From Chlorokybus atmophyticus (Eukaryota; Plantae; Mesostigma and Chlorokybus algae): DNA of 64,000 bases. Positions 42,836 through 53,343 of this stretch are shown in pieces. The notes under the pieces are model-generated. The model saw only the letters and a list, made by a program, of their open reading frames with translations. It made no database searches and had not been told where the DNA came from. Within the stretch, counting starts at the first letter, position 1; every line of letters starts with the position of its first letter. Where the stretch lies: contig RHPI01000385.1 in the NCBI GenBank assembly GCA_009103225.1, forward strand, positions 249,898 through 313,897, written 5' to 3'. A program made the position numbers and the translations under genes.

Positions 42836-43046
42836 ACAGAGTCACCCTCTTTTGCTCAAGTGAGTGTAGTTGCAGGCTGTACATCAGCATCGCAATCTGT
42901 AGTTGTACACATCACAGTGCAGTGTTGTCACCGCCATCGCATAGCGCGCACAAGCGCTAGTGTGTTGGGTGATAGCAGCACTGGAGATCCCATTGTAGAG
43001 CACAAACACTCTACCCTTCATCCACTTTTACCATCGCATCAGCTGT

Positions 43047-46000
43047 ATGAGCAGGCCCACCCCTTTCTCGCCAATAGCAGAAGGGGACCTCAACAGCTGG
43101 AGCCTAACCTCCAACCTTACCTACGAGCGCGCAAGTGAAGGGAGCGATTACCGTAGCAGCAGAGGCTCACGCCCCGTCTCCGGCTTCACCTCCTCTCACT
43201 CCACTCCTCGTCAACGAGCCTCTCCACCACCGTCGGACAGTGACGACGAAGAGATGGAGCCTTCCAGCTCAACCAACTCCCTACGCTTCTCCGGACGCCC
43301 TGGCACCACCTCACTTGACGAGTTCATCATCAAGTTCCACTCCAAGATGCGGCAGCAAGCCCTCAAGAGCAAGGACTGGACAGACGAGGTATTGTTTCAT
43401 GTGTCCGCTCAATACCTTGATCATGAAGCACATGATGTGTGAAAGTCCGTCGCTAAGTTGCACAAGATTGATGGCTATGGCGAGTTGGCCAGCACAATAG
43501 CCGCCACGTCACTGCACAGCCCATCGGTTCCTGTTCCTGCAGCAGCGGCCCCGCCCGCCTCAGTCACGGGTCTCACTCTAGCTGCAGCCCTGGAGAAGGC
43601 AGAGAATGAAGAAGTTGAGGTGGTAGTGGCCTCATTGACTCCTGCAGAGATCGAAAGCAAGAAGGCCGAGCGCCGGATCAAGATACTCAACCGCACCGCT
43701 GCCATCATTAGGGAGCAACAAGAGGAGCAGCAAGCTGCAGCATTGGAAATGGGTACGCCCCTGCTACCAACACCGAACTCGCGTGCTCCAGCGGGAGGCA
43801 GTGTTTTCACCCTCGGCTCAGTGGCATTGCGGGCACCCGCGCTCATGGTGGGCGCGGCTATGTCGGACTCCCCGTTGAAGGACCTCTACGCCGCACTCCG
43901 GCGCACCTTCCCACCTCAAACCAACAGCAAGGTGGAGGAGTTGAGGCGTTTTCGACGGAAGCCCCACGAGGACCCTCTCTGACTGTATTCACGGTTGGAA
44001 GGGTTGCTTAAAGACACTGACTACAAGATCGTCAGTGAGGAGGCGGCGGCAGTGGTGTATGTGGCCGAGTTGGATCCCACCCTGAGTGAGTCAACGCGCC
44101 TGACGTTGAACTACAGCAGGCCCCTCGGCTACACCCTCAAGGAAGCTTTCAAGACTGCACAAGCCATCCATAAGCGCGCAGTGTATGAGAAAGCGGTGCT
44201 GGACACCAACCGCAGTGCCTCACGGCCTATGGCAGGCACAAGTGCAGAGCCTCTTTGGCGAGACCGCAGCCGGGAGCCGCAAGGCATCCATTACAAGGAT
44301 AAACGGTCAGCTCATGCTGCCCTTGTGGCCCCAGTGCTGTGCCAGCGGTGTGGTCGACATGGCCACTACCAAAAGGAGTGCACCGAAGATTACGGCAACC
44401 TTGTGTGCGACCACTGCCACAAGACGGGACACTTGGAGACAGTATGCTGGCTCAAGTTCCCTGAGCTGCGGCCCCCTATTAGCTACAACAACGGCAACAA
44501 CGCTGTTGGCTACCGCGGCAACAACAACAACAACAACAACAACGGGGGCTACAACAACAGCAACCACGCTGGCGGCTACAACAACAGCAACAACTCTGGT
44601 GGTCGCAACAACGGCAACAACGCTGGTGGCCACAACCCCAACAACAACAACAACGCTGGCGCCCGCAAGGAAGAAGCTGGCTATAGAGGGAAAAACCGCC
44701 CTCCACAGCACAAAGGACTTGAGGGACGTCCTCGCGCTGGAGCCGCTGCTGTAAAGGCACCAACCAATCCACCGGCTATTGACCAAGTGGCAGCCCTGAT
44801 GGCGCGCGTGGCACAGCTGGAGGAAAACAAGGAGCAGGACTATCAAGCCTGCTATGCTGCTAGGTGGGCGTCGATGGCACCGAAACGGGATAGGGACACT
44901 CCCACGCCGTCACGCGTACAACCATCCAGACGTGCGCGCAGGGAAGCTGGCGCGTCGTCAACAGCGGCATCGTCGGACGCCACAAGTGGTGCTGCCTCGG
45001 CAGCCACAACAACCGCTGGGACGCCGCCGTCGACGACACCGTCGGCGTCCACACCAACCACGACAGCAGGTGTTAGCACTCTTGGCACCACGCTGTTCCC
45101 AGTGATGGAGAGCACCCACGCCGCAGCAACCATGGTCGTTGGGTTCGTAAGTGGTGAATCTACCACTCCTGCCTCCATCGAAGCGACCACATCAACCGCA
45201 ACTACTGCCACCCTCACAGCCGCCACCTCAATAACGACGACTGCTGCAGGTGCCACCACCATCGCCTCTAGTAGTGCTGCCATACCCACCGTACCACTTC
45301 CTGAGGTTCGGACGGCACCGCCACCAGCATTGGACGTCACACAGCAAGTACCACGCGGGCCACAAGCAGAACGCGCCTGGGCGTCGATTCTACGCAACGT
45401 GGAGCCCACCACTATTGCGTACGGACCATGGGGGCAACGTACCACGCGCGTGGCACGCGATGATCGCATTTTGCCCCTACTACCTCCAGAATACCACACG
45501 CTGCCGGAACCCACACAACAGCAGCTGGAGGATGAAATCCTCGCCGGCACTGCACCAGAGATGAGGGATCGTCTGTTCGGGGTCACCTATCGCCGATCTG
45601 CGGTGTTGGAACTGGCCATCCAGTTATTTCTGGCATTACACGCACGGTTGCAGGGCGCACCCAGCCAATCGCAACAGCCCATGCCCGCTCAACACATCGA
45701 CTTCGAGCCTTCGCCACTGGACCCACTCGGCCTCCAGCGACACAAACTGCAAGACCTCGTGGTCACGATGTCTGACATCACGCTGGGCGCTGATCCCGCT
45801 CTCCGGGGGCTCACTCCAGGCAGTCGTCAAGAGCGTTTCTCTGCACTCGAACAGGCCCATCGGTATCGCATGGACCAAGCTGCCCAAGTGAACGCGCGCC
45901 GACAAGCGTACCAAGCAGCACACGCCGTTATCATACCGACCGTAGCGCCAGCACATGTTGCCAGCGCCTCCACGGCGCCGACCACAGCGCACTCCACGGC

Positions 46001-47090
46001 GATCGCCATCGAGCAGCCGAGACACGCAACTGTTGCGGACCAAGCGAGGGCGTTGGCGCAACAATTGAGGGGGGTAATCGCCCCGCTGCTGCCTCCTTTG
46101 GTCGCAGACATGCTTGAGGATCAACGCGATGCAGGGCGAGGGTACCTCACCCCGCAAGGGGACACCACACAACGAGGAGGAGCTGGTATGGTGGGGGAGC
46201 AACAACTCCGTACCGCACTCATCCGGCAAGCAGTCATGTTGCACAGGCCTGAGGGCAACACATTAAGACAGATGATGGGGATGCAAGAGGGCAGCGCCGC
46301 TCGAGCTCGTCTCGTGACATGGCTCGTTGCCAATCACCCTGCTGTCCCCCTGTTTGCCTTTGGCAACCGAGCATCATGGTTGGGGGCATTCGTTCGTTCG
46401 CTGCGACAAGCATACGACGAGGCTGCCACCACAGCCCCGGACACGCTGGAGGGAGTGCCAGAGGCAATGCTGCGGCTGCCAGGGGTGGAAGCCGCACGGC
46501 AACGGCGGCGCATCGCCATTGCTCATGAGCTACACGCACAGCAGACTGACCTCCAGCGCACCCTACACGCTCGCGCCATGACCGTGCTCGATGTGGGAGT
46601 GGTACAAGGAAGGTGGGATGCCTACATGGCAGGGATCTTACGAGTCCCCACCATTACTCACGACATGCGGCGACAGCTACTACGCGCCGTATACCTGCAG
46701 CCCATGCCTCAATATCATCATTGGACCGACACGGACACCGAGCCCACGGCCACGTGGGAAGGGACATTGGTCAGAGAAGCGGCTCATGCTGTGCGATGGA
46801 CGTACGCCGCGGAGCAAGCTGAACGCGAGGCAGGCCCACAAACACCGGGTCCGCCGGGGTTTCCTCCACAGCCATTGGGTACGCCCGCGGGCATGATTCC
46901 AGCTTCGCAGAGGCGTTATCCACCTGCGCCGCCACCACAACCAGCGTCGGAACCTCCAGCACCGAGGCCCACCCGTGTCTACCAACCACCTCGAAGGACG
47001 GTTCGGCAGAGGGAGAGGGCACGGAGGGGGTTCTCCGGACCCAGCAGGCAGAGGAGCTCTGGCTGCCATGCGCTCAGCATCTCCAGCTGA
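43047..47090 (+). pseudogene. gag with two CCHC knuckles and a long C-terminal extension; two in-frame stops
   Basis: One frame from 43047 with TGA at 43440 (HDV*KS, likely TGG) and 43980. Knuckles CQRCGRHGHYQKEC and CDHCHKTGHLETVC at ~44339-44446; Asn/Gly-rich and Thr/Ala-rich tracts follow. Confidence 0.85.
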
Positions 47091-47610
47091 GACAACTGAT
47101 TCAGAGGTACAGACACCTCGTATGAAGAGGCTGCGTATCGACGCCAACGCTGCCATGGTGGCCAATCAAGGCAAGCACGTTACCATCAACGGTCTGGCAC
47201 CCAAGCGGGTAATGTTGGACACCGGAGCACAGCCTGTCATCATCGGGCGCTTCCTCGCGCGGTCCCTAGGCATAACCAGTTCCGTCTTGGTGCCTTGCCC
47301 GTGCGTGTTGGACACTGCCACAGGTAGCCGAGATAAGGTGATGGGAGTCACCAAGAAGGCCTTTTGCATTCGGTTGACAGGGCTGGACCCAACCCATACG
47401 ACCGAGATCGTCCAGCAATGCGTGGTCACCAATGCCGGCTCCTTGGACTTTCTGCTCGGGCAGGACTTCAACTTCCCTGTGGGCATGGGCCTCGACTGCT
47501 GGACAGAGCGAGCGTGGTTTCGGCCACATTGGGATGAGGATGACGGAGAGGTACAGGGTTTCCTGCCTCTCGAGTTGGTCTCGCGCACGCGCCCAACGCA
47601 AAATGGCTGC
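46975..47610 (+). pseudogene. Retropepsin aspartic protease domain
   Basis: KRVMLDTGAQPVIIG (DTG at 47218-47226) and FLLGQDF; frame is +1 relative to gag, with a further frame change near 47590-47610. Confidence 0.85.
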
Positions 47611-47944
47611 CATGGCCACACGCAGACACGCCCGCACCCGGAAGGCTGTACTGGCCATATACGACGGTGCTCGGACGCAAGTCGCTGCTGGTGCCACGGC
47701 CCCGTGTCAAACCGGCGACCCCTCTCCCATCCCGTACAACGAGGAGCAGGAGGATGCCACCGTGGAAGTAGCATCACAAGACCCAGCTGAACGACGCTGG
47801 CGCGCACAGGTGGACGCACACATCTTGCTCAGCCACCCACTAATCACCACGCGCTTCCCCAACTACCGAAGCCACGTCAAGGTGCAGGACCACTATATGG
47901 TGGCCACCGGAGTGGTGGAGTTCCACACCTTTCGCAGGCAACAG

Positions 47945-48920
47945 GGCATCACAGTGTTGGAGCTGTTTGGAGGCATTGGCAGTGGGCTTGCTGCGGTCCT
48001 CAACACGGGCGTGAAGGTTACCAAATACTATTACTGCGACCCAGACCCACACGCGCAAACGGTCCTCAAGCATCACTTACGCCAACTGCGCACCAGGTAT
48101 CCGCGTCAACTACCCCTCTCGGCATTGCAAGGCAGCCTCAAAGCATTGCCACAGGACGTCCGGCTGATCACTGAAGATCACCTGCTGTCCCTCGGCAACG
48201 TCGACCTGCTAATAGCTGGATGGGAATGCCAAGGGCACTCCAGGGCAGGCAAGGGACAAGGCCTCGAAAACCCTCGCTCCAGGTTGTTCTGGGAGCTACT
48301 GAGGATTATCCACCTCCTTCAACACCACCAGATCTCCAGACCCCTGGGGTACGTCATCGACAATGTGCATTCAGAGGACGACAAGCGTCCGCACGTAGCC
48401 TCCAGCTACCGACAAGTTTGCTCCATTCTGGGGCACCCACTCAAGGTGAACGCGGCACGACATGGCTCGCGCGCACATCGTGTACGTGCCAAATGGACAA
48501 ACCTGGCCACCGTGGAGGAGCTCATGACCGCCGAATACACGCGCAGCGCTCGGCCGCGCAACCTGCTGGTCGACGACATCCTTGACCCCGGCCGCACAGC
48601 ACAACCTGTTCTGCGTTATGACCACAACCACTTCTACCAGTGCAATCAGCCCGGTCAGCCCCGTCGCGCACTCCCCACATTGATGTCCTACCCGGGCTCC
48701 TACGCGTTTCGGAACGGTGGTGACGGGATGGTATTTGATGCGACCACCAACACGCTGAAAGAACCCAACGCACGCGAAGGTGAACGCGCCATGGGCTTCT
48801 TCCCCAACAGCATCACAGGTTCATCGCTGACGGACAGTCAACAATGCCAGCTGCTTGGTCGGGCCATGGACCAGAACAGCATGGTATGGCTGTTGGAGCT
48901 GAGCTTCGCGTTGCAGGACC
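47945..48920 (+). CDS. C5 cytosine DNA methyltransferase domain (DNMT3-like appearance) inside pol
   Basis: Motif I VLELFGGIGSG; motif IV LLIAGWECQGHSRAG (Cys at 48227-48229); motif VI YVIDNV; motif VIII AHRVRAKWTNL; motifs IX/X ERAMGFFPNS...LLGRAMD. Same frame as the downstream RT. Confidence 0.9.
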
Positions 48921-49199
48921 GCCACGTGTCCTTCGAGGATCTTGAACACTTGGCTGGGGGGTGGGCTGATCGCATAGCCGACACCAAGGCAGCTCACACA
49001 GCTCTCGAGGTGGTCCACATGGAGGAGCAAGCGGCAGTGACAGTGGAGGACATTCCTGTGGTTGCCAATGCAACCTCCTGGGACCATGCCATTGGCCCGT
49101 TGGCCACGGAAGACACTCGAGAGAAGCTGGAGGCTCTCCTCAACAAATGGAGGAGCCAATTCAGCTTTAATGTGAAGGAATTGGGTACATGTTCAGTGT

Positions 49200-52100
49200 A
49201 CCAGATGGACATCGAGCTGGTGGACACTGAGCCGGTGTTCCGACGACAATACAGGCTCTCCAAGTTGGAAGAAGACTTGGTGGAATAGAGATGTAAGGCG
49301 CTGTTGGATGCAGGCCTTATCGAAGAGTCCACATCGGACTTCGCAGCAGCAACCGTCATGCCCCTGAAGAAGGATTCAGCAGGCAACTGGACAGAGCGAC
49401 GCATGTGTGGCGACTATCGTCCCCTCAACAACAAGACCAAGCAAGACCGGTACCCCATGCCCACAGCAGAGGGTATGTTTGATGATGTGGGAGACTGCAC
49501 AGTCTTCAGCATCCTGGACATGCGTCAGGGGTACAACCAGATCGCCATCAAGGACGAGGACAAGCACAAGACCTCCTTCTGGGGCAACCGACAGTTGTAC
49601 CAATGGAAGGTAATGCCGTTTGGGCTGAAGAATGCCCCCGCCAAGTTTCAACGCGTCATGGACAAAGCCTTGAAGGGGTTGGACTGCGCGCGGTGCTACA
49701 TCGATGACATCCTCATCTTCAGCCGCAGCAGCGAGGAGCATCTTCAGCACATCGAAGCGGTGCTGGAACGACTCAAGGGAGTGGGGATGACCGTACACCC
49801 CGACAAGTGTACCTTCTTCACCCACAAGGTGCCGTACTTAGGGCACATGATTGTGCCCCATGGTGTGTATGTGGAGCAGGCCAAAGTAGAGGCTCTGGCA
49901 GCTATCCCTGCCCCGACAGACCTCACACGCATGCGCGCTTTCTTGGGACTGGCCAACTATTATCGCCGATTCGTGCAGGACTTCGCGAAGATCGCAAGGC
50001 CCCTCAACGAGCTACTGAAGAAAGAGGTGGAGTTCGCGTGGAAGGAGCCGCAAAAACAGGCCTTCGAGGAGCTGAAGATCAGACTCACCAGCGCTCCCAT
50101 CCTTCAACGTCCGGACTACGCCAAGCCTTTTACCCTTCACACCAACTGGAGCAAGCTGGGGATGGGAGCGGTGTTGGTGCAGCACGATGAGAACAAGAAG
50201 GAGCGGGTGGTGGCATACGCCAGCCGAAGCAACAACAGCGCCGAGGCCAACTACAGCAGCTACGAAGGGGAATGCCTCGCTGCAGTGTGGGCCATCTCCT
50301 TCTTCCGACCTTTCCTCTTTGGTCGACAGTTCCAACTGATCACCGATCATCAGCCCCTCAAGTGGCTGATGACCAACCAACATCTTACAGGGAAATTTGC
50401 GCGATGGGCCCTGCTGTTATAGGAATACGACTTCGAGATTGACCACCGCGCTGGCCTCACCAACCAAGACGCCGATGGCCTCAGTCGCAACCCCCACCTC
50501 AGCACCAACCACGCAACTGGAGCGCGGCATGAGCTCATCCCTGCAGCAACAGCTCCCACCATGGCAGCCATGTTTGCTGCTGCCGCGTTGCGCTCAGGGC
50601 GCAAGACCAACACCACGACCTCAGCAGTGGTAGAGGAGATTCCTGCCCTTGAGTCTACCGACCCTGCGGCAATCACACCCTTGGGAGACGCCCACGCAGC
50701 CGACATTGACGTCGATGACACAGAGCGGGCGTCCACTGACACCAGGCAGGACATATGGCATGACAAGCCATCACTCTCCTTTCTTCAACGTGGCCATCTC
50801 CCCTCTGGCATGAGCGCTCGAGAGAAGGACCGGGTCAACCAACGCACCCGTCACTATCGATGGGCAGGTGACAAGCTGTATCGCCGCTTCCACGACGAAG
50901 ACAAGGAAGTGCCGACACCAGTCACGCGCGAGGACATCATCACTTCCCTCCACACTGAGCTTGGACACTTTGGTGTCAAGCGCACAGTCAGCCTAGTGAG
51001 AGCACAATATTGGTGGTATGGATTAACAAAACAGGTGCAAAGATTCGTCAGCCACTGCCAGCAGTGTGACATGGTGCGCGCCAGCCTCAACACGCGTAGC
51101 GCCACCTTGCACCCACTCCCCATCTCCGGTCTCTTTTACCGATGGGGACTCGACATCTTGGGGGACTTGGCACCCTCAGCACGTGGCAACCGTTACATCC
51201 TGGTCATGATTGAGCACTTCTCCAAATGGGTGGAGCTGGTGCCTTTACCAGACAAGAGCAGCAGGGGGGTGTCTCAAGCCTTCCTCTCTCACGTTCTCAG
51301 CCGCTTTGGCAGCTGCGCCGAGGTCATCACCGACCAAGGTGCTGAGTTCAGAGGGGAATTCGACACCCTCTTGGACAAATGTTACATCGACCACCGCCGT
51401 ACCTCGCGTGATCACCCTCAAGCCGACGACCTCGCCGAGCGTACGGTACAGACCATCAAGAAGGCACTCCGCAAATACGTGCTGGAGTACGAGAAGGACA
51501 CTTGGGATGACCACCTCCCATGGGTGGCCCTTGGACATCGGTTGTTAAAACAAGCGGCTCTGCGGGAGTACAGCCCGTACTACCTGCTGTTTGGGCGACT
51601 ACCATTGCTCCCCTTCCGTGCGCAACAGGAGGTGGATCGCGTCGTGAACAACCTCGACGACCCTGACTGGATGCACCACGACATCACCACGCGCGCCGCA
51701 CTTTTCGAGCGCACCGTCCCCATGGCCTTCAACAACCTGCGCATCGCGCAGCATCGCGACACGCTGCGCTACGAGCGCGTACGTAGCGGCTTTTACAAGG
51801 AGCGCCAACGGCGATTCCAAGCGGGGGACTTTGCCTATCGCATGGCAGCCACCAAAGACACGCTTGACACCTCCGTAGGCCGCACCGTCTACAAGGTACT
51901 CAAAGTGTACCCCACAGGGGTGCTGGACCTCCTTGGTCAAAACGGAGAAAGGTTGAAGGACAACATGGTGAACTGTGCGCCATGTCACCTTCCTCACGTA
52001 GCCGGCTTCGGGCGTATCCAGCACCCTCGTCCTGCGCGCAGCACACGCTGTGAACACTGCGGCAGCGCCGGCGACGACGCACTCACGATGCTCTGCGATG

Positions 52101-52213
52101 GCTGCAACAAAGGCCTGCATTGCTACTGCCTGGAGCCACCTTTGGACACGATACCTATGGAAGAATATTGGTGCGACGACTGCCGTACCAACGGCCCTCC
52201 TCACTTGCGCTAG
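49200..52213 (+). pseudogene. RT-RNase H-DDE integrase-PHD portion of pol; two in-frame TAG stops
   Basis: RT: RRMCGDYRPLN, MPFGLKNAPAKFQR, YIDD at 49697-49708. RH: AVLVQ, YSSYEGECLAAVWAI, LITDHQPLKWL. INT: HTELGHFG..C..C, RWGLDILG, VITDQG, LAERTV. PHD CEHC..CDGC..H..C..W.CDDC at ~52048-52185. Stops at 49286 and 50420. Confidence 0.93.
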
Positions 52214-52250
52214 CAGCTGAGCTCTGGAGCTGGAACCTTCCCCAGAGCCC

Positions 52251-52258
52251 AGGGGGGG
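52251..52258 (+). other. Polypurine-tract-like AGGGGGGG immediately before repeat B1
   Basis: G-run 38 nt after the pol stop, followed directly by TGGCTTG. Confidence 0.6.
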
Positions 52259-53343
52259 TGGCTTGTTGACTCTGTATGCTACGGCACAGCATGTCCTTAG
52301 GGAAAACACCGACTCCATCTGCCCGTACTACCCAGCAGCAGCACACCAGCTGCACGAAGCACTTGTCATCATGAGGGTGGAGGTCATCTTTCTGTTTGTG
52401 CTACGCGTTACACAGGTGGCGCAGCAGCATGCCCAGCACAGTATGGCTGTCCATGCAGCTGTCCGAGACAGCGTGACCCTCGACTCCCCTCGACCCGACA
52501 GCTGTCATGCCTATCGCCCAAGCATGCCAGCCTTCATCGGGCATGCCTACAGCGAGACCCTCGCCCGGCATACCAGCATGGCAACCCGCGCGCGCCTCTG
52601 ACCAGTAGCTAGGTCATGGCCCTAGAGTAGCTCGTGACCATAGCCTGCATAGGCACCGCGAGTAGCTGTTCAGTTGTAGTTGTGTGAGTTCCGTTATAAG
52701 TCCGGTTCTATATCGAGTGGGCATTTCCTGTGGAAATAGCCTCGATATGACCGTTAGCTTATGTTCTGGACAGTCATGAGTTGACTTGTATAAGTAGGCA
52801 CAGTGTTCACCGGATCAGCTGGTGACACTGTAAGTGAGAAAGCTAAGAGCTTGTGAAGCGACTTGAACTACGAACACACCGTCCTGGTTCCCAAGAATCC
52901 CCTCACCGTGTGAGAGCCTGTGCATGTCCTTGTGCACTGTGCTTGTCCTTGCTGTGAGCATTGTGTACTTGGTCGCGGTGTGCTTGTTGGCATCAGTCAG
53001 GGCATAGCATCCACGTGTTGCTTGCTCATTCACCTCACTTAACAGTGTAATTTCTCTCCCACTCACGCAAAGAACTGTGTAAACAGCACTACCTATAGTA
53101 GTGGCTTGTTAACTTTGTATGCTACGGCACAGCATGTTCTTAGGGAAAACACCGACTCCATCTGCCCGTACTACCCAGCAGCAGCACACCAGCTGCACGA
53201 AGCACTTGTCATTATGAGGGTGGAGGTCATCTTTCTGTTTGTGCTACGCGTTACACAGGTGGCGCAGCAGCATGTCCAGCACAGTATGGCTGTCCATGCA
53301 GCTGTCCGAGACAGCGTGACCCTCGACTCCCCTCGACCCGACA
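52258..53343 (+). repeat. 3' repeat block B1-GC-A2-B2
   Basis: B1 (243 bp) matches B2 (243 bp) with ~5 transitions; A2 matches A1; A2 and B2 overlap at GTGGCTTGTT(A/G)ACT. Confidence 0.95.

Larger units (their letters stand above)
42231..53343 (+). mobile_element. Ty3/Gypsy-type retrotransposon with split direct repeats, carrying a cytosine methyltransferase and a PHD finger
   Basis: Starts TGTCA, ends GACA, flanked by CATC at 42227-42230 and 53344-53347. Repeats A1 42231-42835, B1 52258-52500, A2 52503-53115, B2 53101-53343. Internal gag/pol 43047-52213 in the order PR-RT-RH-INT. Confidence 0.93.

Noticed and set aside
52259-52270. TGGCTTGTT as a tRNA primer-binding site
   Set aside because: It starts with TGG but lies inside the A/B overlap and after the PPT, and its complement does not resemble a tRNA acceptor stem that I recognise. 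Left open for a tRNA search.
42231-53343. DIRS/Ngaro tyrosine-recombinase element
   Set aside because: The repeat layout fits, but I see no YR (R-H-R-H/W-Y) motif. A DDE integrase, protease and 4-bp TSD are present, and the methyltransferase is C5-cytosine type, not the DIRS adenine MTase.
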